Below, one piece after another: positions 47,325 through 56,816 of a DNA stretch of 64,000 bases. Every line of letters begins with the position of its first letter. Position 1 is the stretch's first letter. A program made the translations under genes and the position numbers. Origin of the DNA: Longimicrobiales bacterium (GTDB lineage: Bacteria > Gemmatimonadota > Gemmatimonadetes > Longimicrobiales > Gaopeijiaceae); contig OZ241892.1 in assembly GCA_965203485.1 (NCBI GenBank), positions 3,424,001 through 3,488,000 on the forward strand. Direction: 5' to 3'. The notes below the pieces were generated by a model that saw only the letters and a program-made list of their open reading frames with translations, was not told the origin of the DNA and did no database searches.

Positions 47325-48017
47325 ATGATCGACACGAACTTCTTCGCGGGCCTCATCGACGCCGCATCGTCCTACGCGGGCGAGATCGACTTCCTGATTC
47401 TTGTCGTGCTGGTGTCCGTCGGCATATGGTTTATCGCCGCCGAGGCCATCTTCTTCGGGTTCATTCTCAAGTTCAGGGCCAAGCCCGGGCGGAAGGCCGA
47501 GTACATCGACGGCAAGAACAAGCGGCACAAGCGATGGGTGACGTATCCTCACTTGGCGGTTCTAGCGTTCGACGTCGGCATCATCGTGATCTCGTTTCAG
47601 GTGTGGCACCACGTCAAGCTGGACCTTCCCGACCACCCGGATTCCGAGATACGGATCATCGGCCAGCAGTGGGCCTGGACCTTCCAGCACCCCGGCGCCG
47701 ACAACGTGCTGGACACGGACGACGACATCTTCAAGGTGGACGAGCTCCACGTCCAGAACGACAAGACGTACCTGTTCCAGCTCGAGGCCAAGGACGTGCT
47801 CCACAGCTTCTCCGTGCCGGTCTGGCGGATCAAGCAGGACGCGGTTCCCGGCCGCCGAATCACCGGCTGGTTTCAGCCGACGGAGACGGGCGTCTTCGAT
47901 GTTCAATGCACCGAGATATGCGGCTTCGGCCATGGCGTGATGAAGGGGGAGGTGTACGTGGAAGACGCCGACGAACACGCTGCGTGGATTTCGGCCAACG
48001 CGCCGGCTGCCCCGTAG
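47325..48017 (+). CDS. coxB: Cytochrome c oxidase subunit II
   Basis: GQQWAW, DVLHSF, KQDAVPG, CuA motif CTEICGFGHGVM. Confidence 0.95.
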   Translation: MIDTNFFAGLIDAASSYAGEIDFLILVVLVSVGIWFIAAEAIFFGFILKFRAKPGRKAEYIDGKNKRHKRWVTYPHLAVLAFDVGIIVISFQVWHHVKLDLPDHPDSEIRIIGQQWAWTFQHPGADNVLDTDDDIFKVDELHVQNDKTYLFQLEAKDVLHSFSVPVWRIKQDAVPGRRITGWFQPTETGVFDVQCTEICGFGHGVMKGEVYVEDADEHAAWISANAPAAP

Positions 48018-48046
48018 CTTAAGCGACTTAATGGAGGTGCCGACCC

Positions 48047-49771
48047 ATGGCTGAACCCGCTGTCGCGCCGGTCTCGCCGGCCCCCGCCCACGAGGAGGAC
48101 CACGCGCATCACGGTCCCACGGGGTGGCTGAAGTACGTCTGGTCCACGGACCACAAGGTCATCGCCATGCAGTACATGTTCACGGGCATGTTCATGGCGC
48201 TGGTGGGCGGGTTCATGGCGTACGTGTTCCGGATGCAGCTTGCGTTTCCCGGCGCGGAAGTCTTTCCCTTTGGGCTGGTGTCGCCGGGGGAGTACAACGC
48301 GCTGGTGACCAACCACGGAACGATCATGATCTTCTGGGTGGCCATGCCGGTGCTGCTGGCCGCCTTCGGGAACTACCTGATTCCGCTCATGATCGGAGCG
48401 GACGACATGGTCTTTCCGAAGATCAACCGGCTGTCGTTCCAGGTGTTCTTCGTCAGCACGATCGTCATCCTGGCGTCGCTGTTCGTGGAGGGAGGAGGGT
48501 TTGCGGGCGCGTGGACGGCCTATCCACCGTTGTCCGCCAGCGCCGAGTACAACCTCACGGACCTGGGCAGCACGCTGTGGCTGATCGGGGTGGGACTGGA
48601 GTTCGTGGCGTTCCTGCTGGGGGGCATCAACTTCATCACGACGCTCATGAACTCGCGGGCGCCCGGCATGCGCGCCTTCGACGTGCCCGTCGTGGTGTGG
48701 ATGATCGTGATCGCCAGCATTCTGTTCATGCTGTCGGTGGGGCCGCTCCTGGCCGGCGCCGTCATGCTGCTCTTCGACCAGACGCTCGGCACGGGCTTCT
48801 TCGATCCGGCGGCGGGCGGCGACCCGATTCTTTGGCAGCACCTGTTCTGGTTCTTCGGGCATCCGGAAGTGTACGTGGTGCTGTTGCCCGCCATGGGCGT
48901 CGTGGCTGAGATCATGACCACGTTCGCTCGCAAGAAGCTGTTCGCCTACCGCACGGTGATCTTCACCGTCGTCGCGACCGGCGTGCTGAGCTTCTTCGTG
49001 TGGGCGCACCACCAGTTCATCGCTGGAATCGATCCGCGCATGGCGAACGTCTTCACGATCACGACGTTGCTCATCTCCGTGCCGATCGCCGAGCTCTGCT
49101 TCGTCTACATCGCCACGCTGTACGGCGGATCGATCACGCTCAACACGCCCATGCTCTGGGCGCTCGCCTTCATCGCGGAGTTCCTGATCGGCGGGGTGAC
49201 GGGCATCTTCCTGGGCGCGGCGGGAGCGGACATCTACTTCCACGACACCTACTTCGTGCTGGCCCACTTCCACTACACGTTCTTCCCAATAGCCATCATA
49301 GGCACCTTCGCCGCGTTCACGTACTGGTTCCCGAAGATGTTCGGCAAGATGATGGACGACCGGTTGGGCAAGATCCACTTCTGGGGCACCATCATACCCT
49401 TCAACTTCATCTTCATCCCGCTGTTCGTGCTGGGCATGGGCGGACAGCACCGGCGCATCTACAACTACGACCACTTCCCGGAACTGGCCGGCGACAACTT
49501 CCAGTTGATGAGGGTGATCGCCACCATTTCACTGCTGGTGATGCTTGCATTCCAGCTCGTGTTCTTCTACAACTGCTGGAAGTCGTGGCGGGCCGGGAAG
49601 CGAGCGTCGAAGAACCCGTGGAAGGCCAACTCCCTGGAATGGACCACGGAATCTCCGCCGCCTCACGGCAACTGGCGTCCCGACGATATGCCGGTCGTCT
49701 ACCGCGGGCCCTACGAGTACAGCGTTCCGGGCCGGGACGACGACTACTGGCCGCAGAACTCGCCCGCCTGA
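48047..49771 (+). CDS. coxA: Cytochrome c oxidase subunit I (A1-type motif)
   Basis: STDHKVI, NHGTIM, WFFGHPEVY, WAHH, AHFHY. Confidence 0.97.
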   Translation: MAEPAVAPVSPAPAHEEDHAHHGPTGWLKYVWSTDHKVIAMQYMFTGMFMALVGGFMAYVFRMQLAFPGAEVFPFGLVSPGEYNALVTNHGTIMIFWVAMPVLLAAFGNYLIPLMIGADDMVFPKINRLSFQVFFVSTIVILASLFVEGGGFAGAWTAYPPLSASAEYNLTDLGSTLWLIGVGLEFVAFLLGGINFITTLMNSRAPGMRAFDVPVVVWMIVIASILFMLSVGPLLAGAVMLLFDQTLGTGFFDPAAGGDPILWQHLFWFFGHPEVYVVLLPAMGVVAEIMTTFARKKLFAYRTVIFTVVATGVLSFFVWAHHQFIAGIDPRMANVFTITTLLISVPIAELCFVYIATLYGGSITLNTPMLWALAFIAEFLIGGVTGIFLGAAGADIYFHDTYFVLAHFHYTFFPIAIIGTFAAFTYWFPKMFGKMMDDRLGKIHFWGTIIPFNFIFIPLFVLGMGGQHRRIYNYDHFPELAGDNFQLMRVIATISLLVMLAFQLVFFYNCWKSWRAGKRASKNPWKANSLEWTTESPPPHGNWRPDDMPVVYRGPYEYSVPGRDDDYWPQNSPA

Positions 49772-49787
49772 GCCCGAGACGAGACCG

Positions 49788-50357
49788 ATGAGACCCATCG
49801 CAACCACCCGCGCGGCCACCGGCATCGCGACCGGGAAGCTGGCCGTCTGGTGGGTTCTGGCGTCCGAGGTAGTGATCTTCGGCGGCCTGCTGGCGTCCTA
49901 CGTCATGTACCGCTTGGGCCACCCCGAATGGGCCGACGCGGCCGCCGTCACCAACATGCAGATCGGCGCCTTCAACACCTTCGTGCTGCTCACGTCGAGC
50001 CTCACGGCGGTCTTGGCCCACCAAGCGGCCGAAAGGGGCGACGGCAAGACGGCGGCCAAGTTCCTGTACTTCACTATCCTGGGGGCGGCCACGTTCATCG
50101 GCGTGAAGACGTACGAGTGGTGGTACGAGATTTCCCACGGATACACCATCACCAGCAACACGTTTTGGGCCTTCTACTACTCCGCGGCCGGACTGCACGC
50201 CTTTCACGTGATCGCCGGGGCGGTGATCATGGCGTTCGTGGCGCGAGACGCGAAGCGCGGTCTCGAGTTGCACCGCGTCGAGCTCATCGGCATCTACTGG
50301 CACTTCGTCGACATCGTCTGGATATTCCTCTTCCCCCTGCTCTACATCGCGAAGTAG
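49788..50357 (+). CDS. coxC: Cytochrome c oxidase subunit III family protein
   Basis: LASEVVIF, NTFVLLTSS, GLHAFHV, YWHFVDIVW. Confidence 0.92.
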   Translation: MRPIATTRAATGIATGKLAVWWVLASEVVIFGGLLASYVMYRLGHPEWADAAAVTNMQIGAFNTFVLLTSSLTAVLAHQAAERGDGKTAAKFLYFTILGAATFIGVKTYEWWYEISHGYTITSNTFWAFYYSAAGLHAFHVIAGAVIMAFVARDAKRGLELHRVELIGIYWHFVDIVWIFLFPLLYIAK

Positions 50358-50360
50358 ACC

Positions 50361-51008
50361 ATGTCCGCTCACTCCGATCCCAGCGCCGGCTGGCTGTCCA
50401 ACCACTACGTCAAGGTCTACTTGGCGTTGCTGGTCTTGCTCGTCGTGAGCATCCTGGGCCCGGAAGTCGCGCCGCGGCTGGGCCAGGGCGAGATCCCCGG
50501 CGTGGGCATCCGCCTTTCAACGTTCGCCATGCTGGTCACCGCATTCGGGATCGCCGTGGTGAAGGCATGGCTGGTCGTGAAGAACTTCATGCACCTGTCG
50601 ATCGAGCGACCCATCGCCAAGTGGTTCCTCGCTGCTTCCGTGCTGCTGCTCGCGCTGTTCTGGGGCGGCATCGCGCCGGACGTGCAGAGCCATGCGGGCG
50701 CCAACTGGGAAAACGTGGCCGCTCGGGCGGCGGTCGAGCGGGGCATCGCGTCGCCCGACGATCACGCGGACGATCACGCCGCCGAAGCCGGTCGCTCGGA
50801 AGAAGCGGCCCCGCCCAGCCTGGTGCCGACCTCCAAGTCCACCGGGCACCTGCTTCCCGGCGGCTATAACTTCACGCACTTGGCGTTCTGGACCGTCGTG
50901 GCGCTCGTGGCCGTCGGCACCAACGCCGTGGCGATCATGCTGACCGTAGGTGCGGGCCTGCTGGTCCTGGAGACCGTGAAGGGCCTGCGCCGCAAGCGCG
51001 AGGCGTAG
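50361..51008 (+). CDS. Cytochrome c oxidase subunit IV family protein with C-terminal extension
   Basis: YVKVYLALLVL...AVVKAWLVVKNFMHL, plus position in the operon. Confidence 0.8.
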   Translation: MSAHSDPSAGWLSNHYVKVYLALLVLLVVSILGPEVAPRLGQGEIPGVGIRLSTFAMLVTAFGIAVVKAWLVVKNFMHLSIERPIAKWFLAASVLLLALFWGGIAPDVQSHAGANWENVAARAAVERGIASPDDHADDHAAEAGRSEEAAPPSLVPTSKSTGHLLPGGYNFTHLAFWTVVALVAVGTNAVAIMLTVGAGLLVLETVKGLRRKREA

Positions 51009-51029
51009 GCCTCGAGGCCCCCGGCGCCC

Positions 51030-51626
51030 ATGTCCGCCGACTCTTCGGTCATTCCGTTTCGGCCGCGTCCTAGTCGGGCCGACAGAGTCGCGTCGAACGG
51101 CGTGATGGGCATGGTCCTGTTCATCTTCGTCGAGGTCATGCTCTTCGCCGGCTTCATTTCGGCGTTCGTGATTGTGAAGGCGCGCGCCCCCGGCTCCGTG
51201 TGGCCGCCGCCGGGCCAGCCGCGCCTGCCCTTCGAGCGCACCGCGCTGAACACGACAGCGCTGGTCGCGAGCGGCGTCGTCCTGTTGCTGGCCCACCGCG
51301 CGTTTCAGCGAGGCAAGACGGACGTCGGCGGATGGTTGCTGCTCGCCACGGCGCTGGGCGGCGCCTTCGTCGCCCTTCAAGGCGCGGAGTGGGTCGCGTT
51401 GCTGGGCGAGGGCCTGACGCTCACGTCTTCCACCTACGGCAGTCTGTTCTACACGATCATCGGCGCCCACGCCCTGCACGCGGTCGTGGCGATCGGCGCG
51501 CTGGCGTGGGCTTGGACGCGGCTTCGGGCCGACCGCTTGACCAAGGAGACGCTGTCGACGGTGGCCTTGTTCTGGTACTTCGTCGTGCTGGTCTGGCCGT
51601 TCCTGTACTTCCAGGTGTACTTGTAG
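51030..51626 (+). CDS. Second cytochrome c oxidase subunit III-like protein
   Basis: FIFVEVMLF, NTTALVASG, GAHALH, FWYFVVLVW. Confidence 0.85.
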   Translation: MSADSSVIPFRPRPSRADRVASNGVMGMVLFIFVEVMLFAGFISAFVIVKARAPGSVWPPPGQPRLPFERTALNTTALVASGVVLLLAHRAFQRGKTDVGGWLLLATALGGAFVALQGAEWVALLGEGLTLTSSTYGSLFYTIIGAHALHAVVAIGALAWAWTRLRADRLTKETLSTVALFWYFVVLVWPFLYFQVYL

Positions 51627-51630
51627 GGCG

Positions 51631-51858
51631 ATGAGGGGACGCGGCTTCGCGGCGACCGTGGTTGCGACGGCGGCCTTGCTCGTGCTGGCTCCGGGCGAGG
51701 CGTGGGCGTGTCCCGTGTGCTTCGACCGGGACGACGAAGCGCGCATCGCCTTTCTGGCCACGACCGGACTGCTGACCCTGTTGCCGCTGGGCATGGTCGG
51801 CGGCGCCGTGGTATGGGTGCGGCGAAGGGCTCGGGGACAGGTAGGTGGTGATGGATGA
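51631..51858 (+). CDS. Small membrane protein with CxxC (CPVC), cox-operon associated
   Basis: Signal peptide ending AWA, then CPVCF and one TM helix. Starts 4 nt after the upstream stop. Confidence 0.7.
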   Translation: MRGRGFAATVVATAALLVLAPGEAWACPVCFDRDDEARIAFLATTGLLTLLPLGMVGGAVVWVRRRARGQVGGDG

Positions 51859-52264
51859 GAAGAATGCCAACATGGGGGCGTACTGGCGAAGATCAGATGT
51901 CGTCTGATGCAACCACTTTGCGGCTTTTGGTATCGACGGAGATATCGGACTCGCGAATCCTAGTCAGCGGTCTCTATCGAGACTACACCGCAGCTGGTCG
52001 TAGAATGCAGATCGGCCGCTTGATTCGCAGGCGAGGATCGTCGCCGTGGACGCATTTTGAAAGTGTGAATAGCGACGATCTGAAGGAAGGCCGCAACGCG
52101 TAGATGCGCCCCTCGTTGTCCATGGCGCGCATGGCGGACGCACCAGCCGTGTGACGCGCTGAGTTTGCAAGCATGTTCGATTCGAGAAGCGCACTCTGGC
52201 ATCAAGCAATCCGTGGATGTCGCTTTTCCGTGACCTACGCCGCTTAGGCGCCGAAACGCCGGCC

Positions 52265-52831
52265 TCACCGTCTCAAGGCGTCTTCCAGTCCGGCCAGGAA
52301 CGCCGGGTCCCCTTCGGGCACGGGTCCGACCCAGCTGAAGTAGACTGCCTCGCGGCGGTCGATCAGGACGGTAGTGGGGAGGCCGCGAGCCCGGAAGACG
52401 TCCTGCGACTTGGCGTCCGGGTCCAAGACGATGTCGTACTCGACGCCCATCTCGGCGACGTATTCCTTCACGGCGTCCCGATCGGCGCGACGGTCCACCG
52501 ACACGCCGAGGACGCGCAGGCCGTCTTCCCTGTGCTCGCGGTACAGCGCCTGCAAGTATGGCGTTTCTTCGCGGCACGGGTGGCACCAAGTGGCCCAGAG
52601 GTTCACGAGCAGCGCATCGCCCGCGTAGTCGTGCAAGGAAACGTGAGGCCCGCCGCCTAGGGGCTCCGCGACGAAGGCCGGCGCCGGGTCGCCGCGGCGA
52701 AGGGGCAAGCCGTCCGATTGGGCGCAACCCCATCCGGAGACGGCGAGAAGGAGACAGGCGGCTGTTGCATGGCACGCTCGCGACCGCGTTGGGCGAAGGT
52801 GCTTCGGCGGAGCGCAGGCGGTGCGGCGCAT
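52265..52831 (-). CDS. TlpA/ResA-family thiol-disulfide oxidoreductase
   Basis: VNLWATWCHPCREE, GLPTT. ATG overlaps the upstream TGA. Confidence 0.9.
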   Translation of the reverse strand: MRRTACAPPKHLRPTRSRACHATAACLLLAVSGWGCAQSDGLPLRRGDPAPAFVAEPLGGGPHVSLHDYAGDALLVNLWATWCHPCREETPYLQALYREHREDGLRVLGVSVDRRADRDAVKEYVAEMGVEYDIVLDPDAKSQDVFRARGLPTTVLIDRREAVYFSWVGPVPEGDPAFLAGLEDALRR

Positions 52832-54669
52832 CACCGCGGGCTCACGAACTCCGTGGTGAACGGGCCGACGCCGTGGACCTGGATTGTCGTCTCGCCTTCG
52901 GCCCACATGAAGGCCGGCGTTCCAGCGGGAACGGCGATGTAGCTTCCCGGTCCGTATTCGCTGGCGGCCATGCGGTCCATTGTCTCGCCCAGCCCGACGA
53001 AGAAACGCCCCGAGAGGACCGTCATGTGCTCGGCGACGGGGTGAGTGTGCGGCGCCATCTCGAACCCGTCGCGGACTTGAAGGCGGAACGCGAAGGACTC
53101 GCCGGGCTCGGACGGCTCGCCGTACAAGGACACGATGCGCATTGCGTCGCCGTAGTCCTCCCAGTTCAGCGAGTCGCCGCGGTGGAAGACGGCGCCCGCG
53201 GGATCGTCGCCGGACTCGCCGTCGCCCGCGGTCTCCAATATCCAATCCGCGATGATCTCCATCGACTCGACGGACCACGTCTCGTCGATGGTCGCGTACT
53301 CGCTGGGCGCGCCGGTCTCGGCATGCTGGAACAAGTGGTTGTGGTCCGGCAGCATGTGGATTTCGTAGCGCGTGTTTCCGCCCCGCTCCAGCGCGGCCTC
53401 GATTTCGCCCAGGTTCTCCTCGCTGGGCACCTGCAAGTCCTTCTCGCCGCCGACCGCTAGGACCGGCACGGTCACGCGCTCGAGGAACTCCGCCGGCTCG
53501 TGCACGAGGAAGTAGCGGAACCAGGGCGAGTTGACCTGTCGCACTTCGGTGGCGACCGCGTGCTCGAACGATGCGCTGTCGGTGATGCCCGCCTGGGCGC
53601 GCTCCTCGGGCGTCGCCTCCTCCAGATGCGCGCGCACCAGCGCCTCCATCGCGGACGCGGACGATTCCGGGTCTTCGTTGGTCTTCAAGATGGCGAAGAG
53701 CTCGGCCTGCAGTTCGCGCGTCGCGGCGACCCGCGCTTCGGACATGCCTGCCGCCCGCCCGATCAGCTCGGCCTGGGCGTAGAGGATGCGCTCGCCGTTC
53801 ACCCCCGGCCCCGCCATCAGCACGATGTAGGCGACGTCGTCCGAGGCGACCGCGGCCATCGGCGCGATCAGGCCCCCTTCCGAATGTCCGGCCAAGCCGA
53901 TTCGGTCCGGCTCCACGTCGTCGCGGGTCTGCAGGTAGGCGACGCCAGCCAGCGCGTCCGAAGTGAAGTCCGCGGAAGTGGCGGTGGCGAAGTCGCCGGT
54001 GGACTTGCCGACGCCCCGGTCGTCGAAGCGAAGCACTGCTATTCCTCGCCGGGTCAGATGGTCGGACAGGACCAGGAACGGGCGATGGCCCAACAACGCT
54101 TCGTCGCGATCCTGCGGGCCGGAGCCGGAGACGAGGATCACCGCCGGGAACGGGCCGCCGTCGTTCGGCCGCGTGAAGGTGCCGGCAAGGCTGTGGCCGC
54201 CGTCCGGATTCGGATAAGCCACGTCTTCCGCCAGGTAGGGAAGCGGTTCCTCCGGGTCCTGGGGACGCCGCGCGGCCGCTTCGGCCTCTTCTTCGGACAC
54301 CCGCTCCAGGCGCAAGGGCATTGGGGCGCCCATCTGGGTGAACGTGCCTTCGATCGCGCCGCCGTCGTCGGACAGGGTTCCCTCGAACGATGCGCCGACG
54401 GACGGCATCGTCATCGACAGCTGCGGTCCGTCCGTCTCCACGGTCTCGACCGCGATCTCGGCGTTGCCTTGGTCGATGGAGTAGAGCGTCGCCGCCAAGC
54501 CGTCGTCGTTGCGGGTCACGTCGAACCGCAATCGCAGCGTGACACCGGCGCCGGGCACGTCGAGGCTGCCCGACCAGTTGCCGACGAACGGGTCCGGCGC
54601 GTCCTGCGCTTGGAGGTCCGCAGCGCCGAGCGGGACCAGGACAAGAGACAGCAAGAGACTCCGCTTCAT
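52831..54669 (-). CDS. Secreted alpha/beta hydrolase fused to a C-terminal cupin domain
   Basis: SGSGPQDRD, DDRGVG, GHSEGG, KDLQV, NHLFQ, then cupin motif APHTHP..EH.TVLSG. Confidence 0.88.
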   Translation of the reverse strand: MKRSLLLSLVLVPLGAADLQAQDAPDPFVGNWSGSLDVPGAGVTLRLRFDVTRNDDGLAATLYSIDQGNAEIAVETVETDGPQLSMTMPSVGASFEGTLSDDGGAIEGTFTQMGAPMPLRLERVSEEEAEAAARRPQDPEEPLPYLAEDVAYPNPDGGHSLAGTFTRPNDGGPFPAVILVSGSGPQDRDEALLGHRPFLVLSDHLTRRGIAVLRFDDRGVGKSTGDFATATSADFTSDALAGVAYLQTRDDVEPDRIGLAGHSEGGLIAPMAAVASDDVAYIVLMAGPGVNGERILYAQAELIGRAAGMSEARVAATRELQAELFAILKTNEDPESSASAMEALVRAHLEEATPEERAQAGITDSASFEHAVATEVRQVNSPWFRYFLVHEPAEFLERVTVPVLAVGGEKDLQVPSEENLGEIEAALERGGNTRYEIHMLPDHNHLFQHAETGAPSEYATIDETWSVESMEIIADWILETAGDGESGDDPAGAVFHRGDSLNWEDYGDAMRIVSLYGEPSEPGESFAFRLQVRDGFEMAPHTHPVAEHMTVLSGRFFVGLGETMDRMAASEYGPGSYIAVPAGTPAFMWAEGETTIQVHGVGPFTTEFVSPR

Positions 54670-54764
54670 TCGGGCATCGCTCCTTCGCCAGTGGGGTTGC
54701 TCGTTCTTCGTGCGACTGAGGAATCTACGGCGAGCGTCGGCGTTTTCTTCTGTCGGGGGCCGAT

Positions 54765-55181
54765 CTACTCCGGCGGACGGGCTTCGCGGCGGTGCACGAA
54801 ACGCAAGGCGGACCAGTCGTCGTCGATGGCGCACACCTTGTTGTCGACGAGGCCGCCTTCCAGCCCCGCTCGTCGCACGTCGGAGTCCCGCACGTCGCTG
54901 GCGAGAGGACTGCTCCTCTTCGGCCACGCGAGCCAGAGTCCGCCCGTCCACTTGAGCAGAGGCCGAAGTTGCCCGACCAAGCCGGCCAGCGCGGCCAAGT
55001 CGGGAACGAACGCCACGACGACGTCGTAGCTTCTCGGCACGGCCAAGCGGTGATCCACGACCACCGCGGGGCCGAGCCTCAACGCTTCGGAGAAACTGTC
55101 GGGCGCCTGGCGCCAGCCCACGCGGTCGCCGCGAGCGATGCCGAGCTTCTTGGACAGCGGGGTATCCGAGTAGGCCGTCAC
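54765..55181 (-). CDS. DUF3052-like protein
   Basis: YSDTPLSKKLGI, LWLAWPK, GLVDNKVCAIDDDWSALRF. Confidence 0.8.
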   Translation of the reverse strand: MTAYSDTPLSKKLGIARGDRVGWRQAPDSFSEALRLGPAVVVDHRLAVPRSYDVVVAFVPDLAALAGLVGQLRPLLKWTGGLWLAWPKRSSPLASDVRDSDVRRAGLEGGLVDNKVCAIDDDWSALRFVHRREARPPE

Positions 55182-55355
55182 AGGCTACTTTCCGGTAAAG
55201 CGTCTTCGTGCGCCGTCGTATTCGAGGCGGCGCATCCTGTGGGCGAGCGCGCCACCAATCGCGGCCGGTCGGCGCATTGGTCCGCAGGGCCGTTCGGGAG
55301 GTTGCCGCGGTTCTGGTCGGCACTACCACGATCCCAAGGAAGATAGGAGGTGGCC

Positions 55356-56813
55356 ATGGGCCGCAGCGAGGCAGGTGCAGTCGCGCGGGAGGCGAACGCG
55401 ATCCGGGCGAAGGCGGCCACGAGTCGCGCGCGTCTTGCGAATTGCGCGGGGCGGCGGACGGGTCGCGCCGCGCGGATCGTGGTTGCGGCTCCGGCGTGGA
55501 CGCCGCGCCAGTGCGACGTGCAGGCCCCTTGCGCGCGTCGCGTCGTCCGGACGGCGGCATCGGCGCTGGCGTGTTCCACGTTAATGGCGGCCGTCGCGTG
55601 CGGCGGCGCCGAAGACTCCGGGGGCAACGCGGCAGCGGGCGGCCTGAACGGCCCCGACGTCATGCTGACCGCCGTGACCGAGCCGGTGTACACGGTGGGC
55701 AAGCCGGCGGGCGAGGACTGGGAGCTTCTGGGAAGAGTGGCGTCCCTTGCGTTCGACGACGGCGGCAGCCTGTACCTCTTCGACGCGGTGGCGCAACGAA
55801 TCGTCGTGGTCGGACCGGACGGCCAGTTCGCGGGGTTCGCCGGAGGGCCGGGGGAGGGGCCGGGCGAGTTCGACAACGCCTCGGCGATGGCGTTGTTGCC
55901 GGGCGGGCGCATCGCGGTCTTCGAGTTCGGATTGCCGGGCACGTTCGAGATTCTCGAAGCGGACGGAACGTACGTCGAGTCCGTGCAGGTTGACATCACC
56001 AAGGCCGCCCCGGCCGCCAAGGCGGAGCCGTTGCCCGACGGCCGCTTGATCTCCACGGGCGGCCCTCGGGTGTCGATGGCGCGCGCGCCGGACCAGGACG
56101 GCGAGGTTGCGCCGCCCGGCCGCCGCGCCATGGACATCTTCCCGCTGGACGGCGCCGATCCCGGGGCCTTCTACTACGCGTGGGGGCCTCCGCCTGCGAA
56201 GGGGGACTCGACGACGGTCCAGCTGGAAGAGGGAATGATGTTCACGCTGCCCCCGCAGACCGCGTTGGAGCCCGGCCTGCATTGGGCGGTCTTGGCCGAC
56301 GGCCGGATCGCGATTGCGGACTCCATCGGCTACCAAGTGAAGTTGGTGACGCCGGACGGGGCGGATGCCGGGCGCATCGAGCGGCCCATCGAGCCATTGA
56401 CGGTGACCGAGGCCGTCAGGGATGCGGTGCGCGCCGCGGCCAGGGCGGATCTCGAGGGAGCCGCGAGCTTGGGTGTCACTGCGGCTTACGAGACGGCCAT
56501 GCCGCCTGCGTTGCGCGAAGCGATGGAACGCGGGATCGAGGAGATGACGTTTCCGAACGAGATTCCTGTCGTCGCGGGCTTGGCGGCCGACCGGGAGGGC
56601 CGCCTGTGGATTGAGCGGTCGGGCCTCGACGGCGTTGCTGACGGACCCATCGACATCGTCACGCCGGACGGCGGCTACGTCGGCACGCTCGCGCCGGATG
56701 GACCCCGGCTTCCGAACGCGTTCGGCCCCGGCGGATTGATGGCGTATCTGGTCGAGGACGACATGGGCGCTCAAACCGTGCGCGTGGTCAGGCTGGCATC
56801 CTTGGACCGCTGA
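55356..56813 (+). CDS. Six-bladed beta-propeller (NHL-like) lipoprotein
   Basis: AVAC lipobox, GPGEGPGEF, DREGRLWI, DGGYVG. AGGAGG precedes ATG 55356, though a later start is possible. Confidence 0.75.
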   Translation: MGRSEAGAVAREANAIRAKAATSRARLANCAGRRTGRAARIVVAAPAWTPRQCDVQAPCARRVVRTAASALACSTLMAAVACGGAEDSGGNAAAGGLNGPDVMLTAVTEPVYTVGKPAGEDWELLGRVASLAFDDGGSLYLFDAVAQRIVVVGPDGQFAGFAGGPGEGPGEFDNASAMALLPGGRIAVFEFGLPGTFEILEADGTYVESVQVDITKAAPAAKAEPLPDGRLISTGGPRVSMARAPDQDGEVAPPGRRAMDIFPLDGADPGAFYYAWGPPPAKGDSTTVQLEEGMMFTLPPQTALEPGLHWAVLADGRIAIADSIGYQVKLVTPDGADAGRIERPIEPLTVTEAVRDAVRAAARADLEGAASLGVTAAYETAMPPALREAMERGIEEMTFPNEIPVVAGLAADREGRLWIERSGLDGVADGPIDIVTPDGGYVGTLAPDGPRLPNAFGPGGLMAYLVEDDMGAQTVRVVRLASLDR

Positions 56814-56816
56814 TCC

